From Octopus sinensis (lineage: Eukaryota): a stretch of DNA of 64,000 nucleotides. The notes under the pieces were generated by a model. It had not been told where the DNA came from and made no database searches. It saw nothing but the letters and a program-made list of their open reading frames with translations. The stretch is taken from assembly GCF_006345805.1 (NCBI RefSeq), contig NC_043003.1, positions 90,086,001 through 90,150,000 of the forward strand, read 5' to 3'. Shown here piece after piece: positions 47,181 to 61,993 of this stretch; position 1 is the first letter of the stretch; each line of letters begins with the position of its first letter. Made by a program: the position numbers and the translations under genes.

Positions 47181-48285
47181 CTAGATAAAGGGAAAATAGA
47201 ATTAGTTTATTGATGAAATATGCACAACTCCCTCCAACTCTGTTAGCTTTTAATTTCATTTTTGGTGAATCATTTTAACTTTATTAGATATGTTTGTTTT
47301 GCTTCTATTTTTCTTCATTTTATTGTTAAATGTATAACATTAAAATCTCAATTCTATCTATGCTGATATATATTTCTTAGCTAACCTCTGTATTGGCTGT
47401 CCAAACTTTACATCCACTAGCAAGCTCACAGACAAAATAGGTGCTGGAATTTTGGTAAAAGAGACAGGACAAAATTCCAAAATTAACAAGCTATAGTTTG
47501 TGACTATGGCATTTTTTACATTTGGTAATTAACCTTTTTATGATAATATAGATATATAGGTGCAGGTATGTAGTTAACAAGCTCATTTTGCAACCATGTA
47601 AAATAATTGTAAAAGAAATTGCTTTCAAAACATAAGTATTATGGCAGACCCTTAGTAGTCATGAGAAAACATGAGTCAGTAAGGGACGTAAAAAAGTAGT
47701 AAAATCCAATATTTCCAATAGAATTTTTACTATTTGAATGATCTGAGAGATGTATTAAGATATTATTAGAATATGGTTATACAGGAAGTGAGAGTTGCTT
47801 GTGAAAAGTAGGTTGAAAGGATGACAACAAGTGAAATTCAGTTAGCTGGAGATTAGTTTTAAAGCCTACATCTGATCATTATGTACTGCAAGAAAACAGC
47901 CAGAGAGAATGGTCCTAAATTGAAATCATATTGAAATATAGTCTAACCCATATCAGTATGGAAGATGGATGTTAAATGATGATGATGGATTAATATGTAG
48001 ATCATCAGGTCATGAAATTTTCTGCCAGTTCAATAGGGAACTATTCTTTCATATACTGTAACAGGATTGAAGAGAAGTAAGGTGTGTGAAAAGAGAATAA
48101 TATAATGTATTTCCTGAAATAAAGTCATTTTATTTACAGCAGGAAACAGCTGTATATCTTAATATAATATTATTGATTTTCATTGCAAGAGACAAACATT
48201 TTAATTGTTATAAAAGAAATCATGTTAGAAATGAAGCAGCAGGGAATAAGATATATTAAAAGAAAATAATGGAAAACGAAATTAC

Positions 48286-48336
48286 CTTGTGCCAGTGACC
48301 AGATATGACCATGTGTGGCCGAATGGGCTTCAACAG
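48286..48336 (-). CDS. Metallophosphoesterase internal exon: LLKPIRPHMVISGHWHK
   Basis: 51 nt, bounded by ttgcag and gtaatt, phase 0/0. Carries the GHxH metal-ligand motif. Confidence 0.9.
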
Positions 48337-49727
48337 CTGCAACACATAGGAATACTAAAATGATACTTTCATAGCAAACTGAACATTTAGGGTGCAAAAT
48401 ATATGACAAAAAGAAAAGGGAGGAAGCAGAAGCAGCTTTTTTAGCAAAATATCATCTAAGGGTTAGGATAGGCAAAGAGAATTTCCACATAGAATAGGAA
48501 GTGCTGTTTAGTGTCATGAAGTAGACATTCAGTTAGTTATGCATAATATGAAGGCATAAGTATTGCATTAGTAGAAAATACTTCAAGCAGGCATAGTCTG
48601 ATATATTCTGAGCCAGATAAGTGACCCAAGCATGATAACGGGAATTGCTTCTTAAAAAAATAAAAATGATAATACCTTAATAAAGCAATGCAACATTACT
48701 CAACTCAAACACAGAACATTCAAGACAACACTGTTCAATCCAGCCACCAGATAAAACAATGATGTAACACTTCACCTGAAACACTAGGCAACATAACTTT
48801 ATTTCGCCCAAAGATCAATTAACTTGCTACTGCTCCAATTAATAACTTAATAATTATTTGGACTATAAATGTAACAATACCTTAATTTAAAAAAAACATT
48901 TTAATTATTGAGATTAACCAGTTACTGTGAAAACATTGTATTTGATAATTTCAAATAAGAAGTAACTGTAATAAAACCTGAAATCAAAATATAGAAACAA
49001 ATTAAATTTTTTAAAAATCAGATTAATGAAAAATAAACAAAACAAGTTATCATATTAAGAATATATCAGTTAATGTATTTCCTAATGTATGTAATCTTCT
49101 GAAAGTAATCTGATGACAGTGATGTTTTTTTATATGCGGGTATCCCACAGAAAAATATTCATACACATGTTTTTGGCTTATGAGTATTCTAAAACAAAAA
49201 CAACAAAAAAAAGCAACGTATGTGTGAATAGAAATACGTGTGTATACATATATGTGTGTGTATCCCTATCCATCCATTAACTTCCCCAACAAACTTTTTT
49301 TATCATCACTTATTTGTCTATATTTACAAGAGTTTGCAACTCTTAATGAAAAAAAGATAATAGTAATAGAATATTGTAGTGATGCTTCATTCCCTAACCG
49401 GATGGGTATATAACAACTTGGCAGCCAAAACTTGGGATCTTTAGTGAGACACAAGCCTTTATGTATAAATGTACCTGATGAGACCCAGCCTGCAAAACTG
49501 ATGCAATGCATGTTGGATAGTAACAGGATGGGTTAAGATGGCTGTTGCATAAAATAAAAAATAAAGATTAATACCAAATCCACCTTCTCATTACTTAAGC
49601 AATTATTATTATTATTATTATCTCAACTAACACTGAGGAATTCCTGAAGTAGATCCAATGGAAACACACCCCAACACACTAATCAACATATACCCATTCA
49701 ACCAAAAATATTAAATATACATATTTG

Positions 49728-52024
49728 CAAGACAGTGTGTGAGAGAGAATCGTGATGTGGTAGGAGAGAAATGTGTTCGCATGGATGATGGCTCACTTGC
49801 GCTAAATGAGGATGCAAAGAGAGAGGCTTGGAAACGCCACTATGAAAGGTTGCTGAATAAAGAAAATGAATGGGATAAAGAGAGTCTGCCAAATGTTGAC
49901 CCAACAGAGGGACCAGCTATCAAAGTTGACAGTTCCTTGGTAGTTAAGGCAATTAGAAGCATGAAGACAGGGAAAGCTCAGGCCCATCAGGAATCACTGC
50001 AGAGATGCTCAAAATATCTGGTAGTGTCGGCTATAGCCTAGTCATCTGTATAGTTAATCAGGTGATACACGAAGAAGTCATACCCAATTACTGGTGTAGC
50101 AGCATAATAGTCAACTGCTACAAAGGTAAAGGTGATGCCCTAGATACAAATAATTACAGAGGTATCAAGCTGTTGGATCAGGTAATGAAGGTTACGGAGA
50201 GGGTCATAGCCCAACTAATTAGAGAGACAGAGTTAGTTTAGATGAGATGCAGTTTGGGTTCATGCCAGGGAAGAGTACTACTGATGCTATATTCCTGGTA
50301 AGGCAGCTGCAGGAGAAATACCTAGCCAAAAATGAGCCCCTGTACCTGGCTTTCATTTACATGGAGAAAGCCTTCGACAGGGTCCCCCGATCCCTTATCT
50401 AGTGGTCAATGAGGAAACTAGGGATAGATGAATGGTTAGTCAGAGCTGTGCAAGCCATGTACAGAGACGCTGCTAGTAAGGTGAGGGTTGGCAACGAGTA
50501 CAGGGAAGAATTCAGGGTAGAGGTAGGGGTCCATGAAGGTTCAGTCCTCAGCCCCCTCCTATTTATCATAGTCCTCCAGGCAATAACGGAGGAATTCAAG
50601 ACAGGATGCCCCTGGGAGCTCTTCTGTGCTGATGACCTTGCTCTAATTGCTGAGTCACTATCAGAACTGGAGGAGAAGTTTCAGGTGTGGAAGCAAGGAT
50701 TAAAATTGAAGGGCCTTAGAGTCAACCTAGCTAAAACCAAAGTCCTAATAAGTAGGAAAGTAGACAAATCACAAACGCCTTAAGGTAGATGGCCCTGCTC
50801 AATCTGTAGAAAAGGCAGAGGTAGAAACTCTATAAGATGTACCATGTGTAAGCTATGGACACATAAGAGGTGCAGCAATATTAAAGGAGGGCTAACTAGG
50901 AAGATAGTTTTTGTATGTGGCAGATGCTCAGGAGCAATAAACACTGAAAATGCTCTGAGACCAACTTCCACCACATTCCAGGGAGAAAAACTAGAAATAG
51001 TTGATAGCTTCCATTACCTAGGTGACCAAGTCAGTAGTGGGGGCGGGTGTGCTGAAAGTGTAACTGCTAGAGTAAGAATAGCTTGAGCAAAGTTCAGAGA
51101 GCTCTTACCTCTGCTGGTAACAAAAGGCCTCTCGTTCAGAGTAAAAGGCAGACTGTATGATGCATGTGTATGAATGGCCATGCTACATGGCAGTGAAACA
51201 TGGACCGTGACAGCTGAGGATATGCGTAAGCTTGCAAGAAATGAAGCCAGTATGCTCCGATGGATGTGTAATGTCAGTGTTCATACTTGACAGAGTGTAA
51301 GTACCTTGAGAGAAAAGTTGGACCTAAGAAGCATCAGTTGTGGTGTGCAAGAGAGATGTTTGTGCTGGAATGGTCATGTGGCGAGAATGGATGAAGATAA
51401 TTGTGTGAAAAAGTGCCACACCCTAGCGGTTGAGGGAACCTGTGGAAGAGGCAGATCCAGGAAAACCTGGGACGAGGTGGCGAAGCACGACCTTCAAACT
51501 TTAGGTCTCACCGAGGAAATGATTAGAGACAGACCTTTGGAATTATGCTGTGCGTGAGAAGACCCGGTAGGAAAAGTGAGACCATAACCCGTGGCCTCTA
51601 CCTGGGAGGTAACCAGTCCACTTATGCATACCTTTCCTTCTTGGGACACAAAACTCTACTTGTGAAGACCTGTTGAGGCAAGTGAAAATCAAGATCGATC
51701 AACATCAATGGAAACTGCCGGTGGTACGTAAGAGAACCATCTGAATGTGGCCGTTGCCAGTGCCACGACTGGCCTCATGCCGGTGGCATGTAAAAAGCAC
51801 CATCCGATCATGGCCGTTTGCCAGCCTCGTCTGGCACCTGTGCTGGTGGCATGTAAAAAGCACCCACTACACTCACGGAGTGGTTGGCGTTAGGAAGGGC
51901 ATCCAGCCGTAGAAACATTGCCAGATCAGACTGGGCCTGGTGCAGCCTTCTGGCTTCCCGGACCCCAGTTGAACCACCCAAACCATGCTAGCATGAAAAG
52001 CGGGTGCTAAACGATAATGATGAT
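49728..52024 (+). mobile_element. 5'-truncated RTE-clade LINE (RT, C-terminus, 3' UTR), disrupted, antisense in the phosphoesterase intron
   Basis: NYRGIKLL, MEKAFDRVP, GVHEGSVLSP and FCADD motifs with several stops; (GAT)n-like tail. Confidence 0.92.
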
Positions 52025-52047
52025 ATATATGTTTGTTCCTTCTCAAA

Positions 52048-52303
52048 CAGGTTTCCCGGTTTCCTTGGCGTATAGGTTCCCCACCTAGACAGGACGCCTG
52101 TCTGTCGCAGGTGAGCTGCAGGAGGAAAGAGTGAGAGAAAGATGCGGCGAAAGAGTCAGTAGAAGTTCGTCATTACCTTCTGCTGGAGAAACATGGAGTT
52201 TAGGTGTTTCACTCATAAACACACATGCTGCCCAGTCTGAGACTCGAACCTGTGATCCCTCGACTGCAAGTCCGCTGTTCTAACCACTAGGCCATGTACC
52301 TCC
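52048..52303 (-). mobile_element. tRNA-derived SINE
   Basis: 5' end GGAGGTACATGGCCTAGTGGTTAGAAC (A box) and GGTTCGAGTCT (B box). Confidence 0.7.
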
Positions 52304-52531
52304 ACACACGATATATATATATATATATAGTCTATTATATATATATACATATTAGTATTATATATAATATATTATATATATTTATTTATACATATTTATA
52401 TTATATATATATATATATTATATATATATATATATATATATTATAGTATATATAATATATATATATGTTAGTATTATTTATTATATATATATATATATGA
52501 ATATATATATATATATATTTATATATATACA

Positions 52532-52566
<35 letters not shown>

Positions 52567-52624
52567 TTATGTATATTATAATGTATATATATGTATATTT
52601 TATGATATATATATATATATATGT

Positions 52625-53200
52625 CATAATCATCATCATCATCGTTTATCGTCCGTTCTCCATGCTAGCATGGGTTGGACGGTTCGACCGGGGATCTGGG
52701 AAGCCAAAAGGCTGCACCAGGCTCCAGTCTTCTCTGGCAATGTTTCTACAGCTGGATGCCCTTCCTAACGCCAACCACTCCGTGAGTGTAGTGGGTGCTT
52801 TTTACGTGCCACCTCCACAGGTGCCAGGCGAGGCTGGCAACGGCCACGGTCGGATTGGTGTACTTTATGTGCCACCGGCACGGAAGCCAGTCGAGGCGGG
52901 GCTGGCATCGGCCACAAGTCGGATAGTGCTTTTTACGTACCACCAGACCAGGGATCCTGGCTGGATCAATTCGATTTCAATTTCGCTTGCCCCAACATGT
53001 CTTCGCAAGCAAAGGGGGTTGGCATGGGTGCCTGTCGTCGGATGAGGTTCTATAACAACTTCGCTTGCCTCAACAGGTCTTTGTGTCCAAGGGAGGAAAG
53101 GCATTCATAAGTGGGCTGGGCTCACTTGTCCTGCCTGGTCTTCTCACGTACAGCATATTTCCAAAGGTCTCGGTCGCTGGTCATTTCCTCAGTGAGGCCT
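52625..53200 (-). mobile_element. RTE 3' UTR copy
   Basis: Reverse complement of the tail at 51.5-52.0 kb; ATCATCATC terminus at 52625. Confidence 0.8.
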
Positions 53201-53212
53201 ATGTATATATAA

Positions 53213-53263
<51 letters not shown>

Positions 53264-53415
53264 AATGTATGTATATATATTATATATATGTATGTGTATA
53301 TATATATATATATGTATGTAATATATTATATATGTATGTATATATATATATATGTTTATGTATATATATAATTATATATATATATATTTATGTGTTTGTT
53401 GAAATGGAAAGATGA

Positions 53416-53515
53416 NNNNNNNNNNNNNNNNNNNNNNNNNNNNNNNNNNNNNNNNNNNNNNNNNNNNNNNNNNNNNNNNNNNNNNNNNNNNNNNNNNNNN
53501 NNNNNNNNNNNNNNN
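53416..53515. other. Assembly gap (100 N)
   Basis: Run of exactly 100 N; the true length is unknown. Confidence 0.99.
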
Positions 53516-53777
53516 ATCTAATAATGTATATCTATATGTTATATATATCTGATATTATATATGTCTATATATTATCTATATATATATATCTCTATCTATA
53601 TATATATAGATCTATATATATATATCTATATCTATGTATATAATCTATCTATCTGTATTATATATATATATCTATTATATCTATATTCTCTCTCTCTATA
53701 TCTCTATATATCTCTATATCTATCTATATCTTATCTCTATATATATCTATATCTAGAAAGTAAAAAGAGAGAAAAAA

Positions 53778-53951
53778 GAAAGCTGACCATGCAGAGCGTT
53801 TAATAAAACCTTTATATTTCAGACACAAAGGCCCATCTTCAGAAGAAAGAAAAACAGTCCAGTTTTCTCAGACTGTTCATTTCTTCTGAAGATGGGCCTT
53901 TGTGTCTGAAACAAAGGTTTTATTAAACTTTCTGCATTGTCAGAAGCTTTC
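53778..53951. repeat. About 175-nt imperfect inverted repeat with a perfect 32-bp core
   Basis: TTTCAGACACAAAGGCCCATCTTCAGAAGAAA (53817-53848) is the exact reverse complement of 53880-53911; inner and outer stems extend the pairing. Confidence 0.95.
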
Positions 53952-56900
53952 TATTTTCTCCCTTTTTTACTTTCTTCTGAATTACAATGCTTCAAGCAAA
54001 CTACAATGCTCTTTTATATACAGACTAGTTGCTGCATTGGATCTTTTGAATATGATAAGGATAAAGACGAATGTAGCTATATCACCACTCCTCTTTCTTG
54101 ACCCCCATTATTTTCTACTGCCGCTCTAAATTATAGTTGGCTTTAGGCATTTTTTTCCTAAATTCATTCTGTTACAATAATAGCAAAAAAAAAGCAATGT
54201 AAAATAGTCTCTAGTGCTGTTGAAAAATTTGCTAAGAAATTATAATGGAAAATCCTGTATGTTGCAAATCTATATGATCGTATGTTTCCGAGGAAAACGG
54301 GTTATTTTAAATTGATGTAATGTTTGCACTAATTGATTAAATGGAGCTGCTTGAAACAGCTGTAATGTACTGATACTTGGACATTCTTGTTACTTATTTG
54401 CTTTTTATCTCTCTCTCTCTATGTATATATATTTATCTATCTATATATATATATATATCTTTATCTATATATATATATATATATAATAAACAGTCTTTCA
54501 GTTTCAAAAGTTAGTGAAATAAGTAAAAAAAAAAAAAAGCTAGCTTGCTTTATCTATTAGATTTATGTATTTAAGTAATACACATAAATTCAATAGTCAA
54601 TTTTGTGTAGTTTGTCAAAATATGTAATAAAGCATCTACTTTTTTTTGTGTAAGTGACTACAATTCAAGAATTTTTAATGATTAACAAATAGTATTTAAA
54701 TTAGAGCAATTCCAAAACTGATAATGAATATAACAAAAGAGGTTTATGAAAATAGCATTTACTGGACTAACATTTGAGGAGCAGAAGACCTACCTTAGTG
54801 AGACAATTCAATCTGCAACTGTTTCACAATACTTTTTAGCAAAAACATTCACCAACATTATGTAATTAAAATGATAATTAGATTGGTGTTTTCTTATAAG
54901 TGTTTTCACAAGCCAAGAAGAACTTAGTTGCAAGAAGGTTTTTCTGGTAAGAAGAGAAAATAGATTTGAAGGATTGTATATGGATACATTTTTCAGATAA
55001 GAATTTAAGAGTAGAGGATGACTAGAAAGATTTGTAGTCACTAAATTTTAAAGGAAACATTAAATTTCATCCAATTAAATTTTATAAATTCATTGATTTC
55101 ATAGACTTCTTTGGAGACAGAGGTTCTATTTCATACTTGTACTTGTTGATCAGCTGAGAGGACAAGATGAAAGTAAATAATTTTTCTTTTACATTCCTGA
55201 ATATAGTAAAAAGTGAGTGAAAATGAAATCAATCCCAGATTCAAAGAACTCATTTAAATCCAATTTTTTAAATTTTAATAAATAAATAAAGTACACAAGT
55301 GAATTAATGAAAAATAAAAATGTCTTTCTCCAGCTATTCTAATTCTTGCTTGTTTTATCTCTAAAGCTTAATGATCAAATGATTTGTTCTTTTCAAATCT
55401 TGATTCATTTCTACTTTACCATCACTCACCAGCTCATGGTACATTATTATAACTCCACTTATACAATCCATGCAACTGGACATCAAAGACATCAACACAA
55501 GTATGCAAGAGCAACAACAATGTTGATTTGCACATGTAATGCAAATGGATGATGCATGCACATTAAGAAAATGCTAAATTGATGATGGAAGGTCCATGTA
55601 TTTAAGGTAAACCACAGAAAATTAAAGAACAGAAATTTGAACAAATCTGAGAACACTGGGTCTTACAAATAAGTTTACACAGGATTGAGATTTGATGTTG
55701 CAAATCTGTTAAGAACACAATAAAAAGGAGCCAACCCATCATCAGCCCAAGCTAAACATCATCAATATTTTATGAAATTATGAGTTTTAGACCTCACTCT
55801 CTCTTTACACTTTTACTTGTTTTAGTCATTGACTGCAGCCATGCTGGAGCACCACCTTTAGTTGAGCTAATCGACCTCAGGACTTATTCTTTGTAAGCCT
55901 AGTACTTATGCTATCGGTCTCTTTTGCTGAACCACTTAGTTATGAGGACGTAAACACACCAGCATCGGTTGTCAAGCGATGTTGGGGTGGACAAACACAA
56001 ACACACATATATATATACATATTTACAATGGGCTTCTTTTCAGTTTCCATCTACCAAATCCACTCACAAAGACTTGGTCAATCCGAAGCTATAGTAGAAG
56101 ACACTTGCCCAAGGTGCTACACATTGGGACTGAACCTGGAACCATGTGGTTGGTAAGCAAGCTACTTACCACACAGCCACTCCTGCACCTCAGTAAAATT
56201 TTCAACTCATTTTCAGTATGATATCACTGAGATTTACATGACACAAGTAAATCTAGTAATGGCAATGTTACGCATTAATATGAGACACTACATTGCCTCT
56301 TAGATGCAATGCTTACTGTACTGAACTTGTCTGATTATTTTCATATATATTGTGGTAAAATATCTAGTAAAATACTGTGTACAGGGCAGTAACATTGAAA
56401 AAAATTTCATGTTCATATAATGACTTGAAGATATTTCCTTTTGCCTTCTCTATGATCATTTAAATAAACTCAGCACTTACTGCAAGCTTACAAATATTTG
56501 TCAATTATATATTGGCTGCAACCAACAGTAGTGAATTGTAACATCTATCCATGGCTAGATTGGCTGGTTAAATGAAAATCTTTTTTTTTTTTACCAGTAC
56601 ACTCTACTCACTTTGACAAGATAATCATTATTAACTTTTTCATCATTTGATTGGTTCCATGTTGATACAATCAAAAATTATAACTTTTAATCAGAAAGTA
56701 GAGTTCATTAGAATTTTTGATATTCCCAGTTCAAATTCCTTTCACATTTCTACAATTCCTGACACAAATTTTTGTAAAGAACTTCATCTGAATTTTGAAT
56801 TCAGGTTCAAGAGATTTAGAAATTAGAATTAATAAAAAGAAAGAGATGAAGTTTCATATATGGTTAAAACATAAACTTTACACTTTGATTCCTACACTTA

Positions 56901-59900
56901 AAAATGAAGATAATCAACTCAATAACGATTACTAATTATGAGTGGCTAAGAAATTTGCTTCATAACCACTTGATTTGGGGTTTTAGTCCTGCAGCATGAC
57001 CTCTTGGGCAAATCACTTCTATTATAACCCTAGGCCAATCAAAGCCTTGAGATAGAAACTGAAAAAAGCTTGTCATTTATGAATGTATGTACATATAAAT
57101 ACATGCATGTATAAATATATGTGCAATAAAGAACTAGAGGTGTGTTTGTGTGCGTGTCCTTGTCTTGACATCATGTGAAACTTATAAACAAGCATCACTT
57201 TCTTTCCAATTTTCCATGCAAACACGTTCAGCAATGGAGAAATATTAATTTGCTTAAAAATAGGTGAGGGTTGATGAGAGGAAAAGCATCTGGCCATAGT
57301 AAATCTGCCTCAACAAATTCTGTGTGACCCATGTAAACATGGAAAAGTGGACATTAAAATCACAATGATGATGAATTTCTTCTACTAAACTATACTAATT
57401 TCTGTAAAAGAAGGGCATAATGCAAATGGAATCAATCTTTTCATATATTCCTTCATTTGAATCTGCAACTTCACTTGCCTGAGTTTTCCTGTTTCTTGTT
57501 TGTTCTTCAGGGAGACCACTAAGATATTCAAGATTCTAGTGGTTAGAATTTTGTTCATTTGCCTGCCTTTCTGTCATTGGTCAGTGTCAGTAAGGTGTGA
57601 TAAATTAACAAAAATTAAGGTTATTCTTAAATGTCGTAGGTAGTTTTTAACAGATGCAAGATTTTATTGTGTTTATATTTGAAAGGGTTGGTCAGTGCGA
57701 AAACCAGACAAAGTTGCTGACTTAGTAAGGTAGGAGGTGTTTCATTTCTGAAGGTTATGTCAATAGGGTGTGTTTGCTTTTAATGATATTTTCTGCAAAC
57801 TTCATTTACTTCCTATCATTACAGATGTTTAAGCTTGGTAAGGCATTGGCTATTAAATGACATGATGTAGGACTGCTGTAGTTGAATTCTGGTTTGGATT
57901 ATCCCTTGCAATTGCTGCTACTACTTCAAGCTTAGAAGTGTTTTCTCTTACAGCTATAATCCACTTTTACAATATTTCTGTTGAACAGCTTGCAGTATTT
58001 GTGGTTGGAGGAGATATGCTTCTTTTTTTATTATTAACAAACATTTAGATGTTTTTTCCCATATTAGATGTTACATTCATGTTTTTGTGGGTTTTATTCT
58101 TGTATTACAGTTCTCCCTTAACACTTTAGTAGTGAAACCTACTGATGTTTCAGCATGAAAGATAGAATCCTTTTTGTAAGGTACATGGAAAATAAGAGTG
58201 TTACTATTGAAAATTAACATTTCTATTTGAAATATTAAATACATGTTGTATGCTTGGAGTCACTACAAAAGCATGTCCTGGTTTCTTGACATGTCTTGAT
58301 AATGTTGCACTATCTTAGTAAATGAAAGGGCCTCATAACTATGTCTGGGTTGTTTTATTGTTTGATAGATTGGAGAAAATGGGTCAAGGTTATTAACAGG
58401 AAGAAGTAACCTGCAGTAGAAAATCTACTTCTATGAATTCCATCTGACCCATGCAAGCAGGGAAAAGAGGATGATGATGAAACAATGATGTATTAAGTAC
58501 ATTTTTCTTTCGTCTGTACAACAAGACATACAATCTTTACTTTTTCTATTTGTCAGTATTACTGTTGTTGGGATGGTATTTGTTGATATGGTTGTTGATT
58601 TTCTTTATGCTAATCTCTTAACAAAGGAATAAAAGAGAGAGTAGTCTGTTACAAGTTAAGAAGGCTGAAATAAGAAAAAGTTAGGTTTGTACATAAGTAA
58701 CACACAGTGGCTTGTAATGAGGTTTATCCTAATGATCATTAATTCAACACTAAATTCTCACTTTCAACAGGGCTCATTAAGGTGAAATGATAAATATTCT
58801 AAGAAAGTGTAATGCCTCATTTTTGAGTCATCGCTTGTCATGGTGGAATATGACAAGTGTTTGGAATAATATTGAGATGCAACATGACTAAAGCATCTTC
58901 AAAAACAAATTCTTACTTTTTGTTTTTAACTGAATAAAAAAAAACTAAGACAACCCATATGTTAAAAAAAAAGAAAAGGATAATTTCAAATGCCAAAAAA
59001 AGTCAAAACTTTTTTAATGTAAGGAGTCATTCTATTATTAAAATGAATGCAATTAATTTTAATTTCATTAATTAAAATGAATGCAATTTTAATTAAAATA
59101 TTAATTTTAATAATAGAGTAATAACATGTTTAATTAAATATTTCAATAGCCATAATGAGATGTTGTAACTAATACCTATAAACTACTTCCTCCTCTTTTC
59201 TTTTTGTCTTGTGTGCATGTGCTAAGCACATGCACACACACACACACACACACTAACAGTTTATGAATATGAATCCAACAGTAAAGACTGGCCTTTAGAC
59301 ATTTTGAATAATTTATAAATAAATTATCAGAAATGAACGGAGGAGTTAAACTCTTTTTTTTGAGATTATGTTTCTTTTTACCACAAGAAATTAGTTAACA
59401 CTAAACGGTGCTTTAACTGAATGTCAATAAAACAATGTTTGATTTATGGTAGTTAATTCAGATAGGAAGGGATATGTTCTACATTCTAAATAAAATATAT
59501 GTGAAGCAGATATGACTTGGGTAGAATAAGAGGAAGGGACAGAAAATTAAGAACTGGGGAACATATAGATAGGGGTGGTTATCATATAGGCAAAAATAGA
59601 TTAAAGAAGGAAAATGGAAAGCAAAAAAAAAAAAAATAAGGCAAAAACAAAGCGAATTAGGATTAAAAGCAAAAAAGCAAAAATTAACCAACAAAGCAAA
59701 ATAAGTAAATGTAAAATAAATACTGACCAAAAAAATTTTTTTGGAATTTGAGAAAAACATTCAAATTAATAAAATCTAAATAAATAAATATTTAAAGCAA
59801 ACAGATTCTTGATAAACCCATGTTTAACCTTGTCTTTACCTATGACTTATGAAGATAATTTGTTTGCATATGTATGCCCATGGTTAAATATAGGTAATAT

Positions 59901-60163
59901 ACTGGTAGTGTAATGGATACTTCTATCCCTTAGACGTTTATTTTAACCTCTAACTCAACTAACCTTTAAGTAAATGACAAATAGTTAGCTATCATAAAAA
60001 TATTGTATAAATATAGCAATTGCACAGACTAGGCTTGGTGACAGGCAAGCCTAGTACATGACTCATACATTGTTCGCTTTCCAGACATTTTTACATTACT
60101 GCATGTACTTTATATGCACTTTCTGACAAGTTGTGGTGCACTTGAGCACTGTATACAATAATT

Positions 60164-60197
<34 letters not shown>

Positions 60198-60904
60198 GTC
60201 TTCAGTTTGGAAATCAAACAGAATCAGCCACTGAAAAACAGGTATTTTGAAATTACTGCTATTTATTATCTGATGCCATTTGATTGTATAAAATTGGATA
60301 CTTATAACACAGTAAGTTTCTCTAAATGAACATAATACTGATGATAATATATCAAATAAAAATTTATCTTCCAGACTGTTTTATTTGATGTTTCCACTAT
60401 TAATCTATTTGATACCAAACTGCATGAGAACTACCCAAGTCCTGTGATACAAATTTCATATCTAATTAAATTAAATCAAAACTTTTCATTAAAATTCCAT
60501 GTTAATTTATGTTCCAAATGCCAGTTAAATAATGACAGTTACTGTATATATAAATATCTAAGTAAAATCACTGTGATCATACATACAGGCTTGTCCTTTA
60601 CACGTTCCGGTGCCTCATAAGATGCACTTGTACCTGTGCCACATAAAATGCACTTGTGCTAGTGCTGCATAAATGCACCCAGCACTCTCTGTAAAGTGGT
60701 TGGCATTAGGAAGGGCATCCAGCTGTAGAAACCATGCCACAACAGACAACTGAAGTCTGGACAGCTCCCCGGCCACTTCAACATTCACCGAAATCAGGCT
60801 ATTCCCACCCGTAATACAATATTATGTTGGGTGAATGCACTTCATACACGAGGTACACAAATGAATAGGAGACCGGTGGGAGCGCTATGAATGGTATGGA
60901 CCCT

Positions 60905-61100
60905 GGAAAATTTGGAACACATCAGAAAAAGTTTTCAGAAATGCATTAATGAAAATGGACACCACATAATGGTTGTTGTTTTTCACACTTGATTTTGACA
61001 AATGCTAATTCAATACAAACACAATAAAATTTGCTTGCAGCTAAAATGAATGATTTTGTGAATTCTTCAAAAGCATCTGTCCTCTCTGCCCCACCCTGTA
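60905..61100 (+). mobile_element. 3' end of a Tc1-like transposon
   Basis: ...CINENGHH..VVFHT*-like C-terminus, ending CCCCACCCTG followed by TA. Confidence 0.55.
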
Positions 61101-61993
61101 TAAATGGGATACCAAGTGTATGATGGAACACATTGAATTTGTTTTTTCTACAAAATATACTTGTAAAGTAGGAGTATATCTTATATGCCACCAAATATGG
61201 TATCTTAATAAATTCTCTATTATTTTCAAAATCAATTGAAACAAAAAGCAATGTATGGTGACAAAAGGGTTAAAGTGATCTAAATTAAAAGCTTCCATAA
61301 AAAATTTCATGTTAATTTATTCTAAACATCAGCTTAATACAGGCAAAGTTATTCTTCTAAATTCTTCATTATTTTCAAAATTAATTGATACAAAGGTAGG
61401 GTATATTAACAGAAATATGGTTAATGAGTCAGCCTTCCTCTCTGAACTACTGCATACTGCTCAATCTATAGCCATTTGTTGCTCATCTCTCTTCCTCTTA
61501 TCACTCTGTCACATTTCCTGCACTAGCTAAACATTTCACCCATTCCTAAACTAAACACTTTGCCTAATTCTTCTTTCTCAAAATCATATCAATCTGCGGA
61601 TTTCCAATGAAGCTTATAACATCAACATAATTTAAACTGACCACTGATCACATCAATCTTAATTCATTACCAGCCACCTAAAGTTAAGCTGAGCTGAAAC
61701 AGAGCTACATCCTCTTATGACTTAAAAATAGTAAAATTGAAATAATAAAAAAAATTTTTTAAATAATCCAACCAAAATGATAGAAAACATAAGTCAGATG
61801 TTTCAAATAAAATTGCTCCTACAATTCTAAAAAGATTTCAAAATCCTTAATAAAAACAAACAAATTAAACATCTCCCTGCCAATTTCTTTGCAAACACCA
61901 TCAGTCCTGTTGGATCATAAACTTGTAGATTTTTTTTTTTGTAGGGAAGGAAAAAAAAATCTACAATGTGCCATTAAGTTAAAAAATACTTAC

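Larger units (their letters stand above)
52310..53760. repeat. (TA)n/(TC)n-rich low-complexity tracts around an RTE tail and an assembly gap
   Basis: Directly visible dinucleotide runs at about 52310-52625, 53200-53400 and 53520-53750. Confidence 0.95.

Noticed and set aside
49470-49510. CTGATGAGACC hammerhead-like start
   Set aside because: There is no complementary stem II partner or GAAA at the right position.
52497-53803. Ile/Tyr-rich ORFs
   Set aside because: They are translations of (TA)n microsatellites and an RTE tail next to an assembly gap.
57420-58320. Non-SINE stretch that may be an old retroelement
   Set aside because: No diagnostic motif was readable in any frame.
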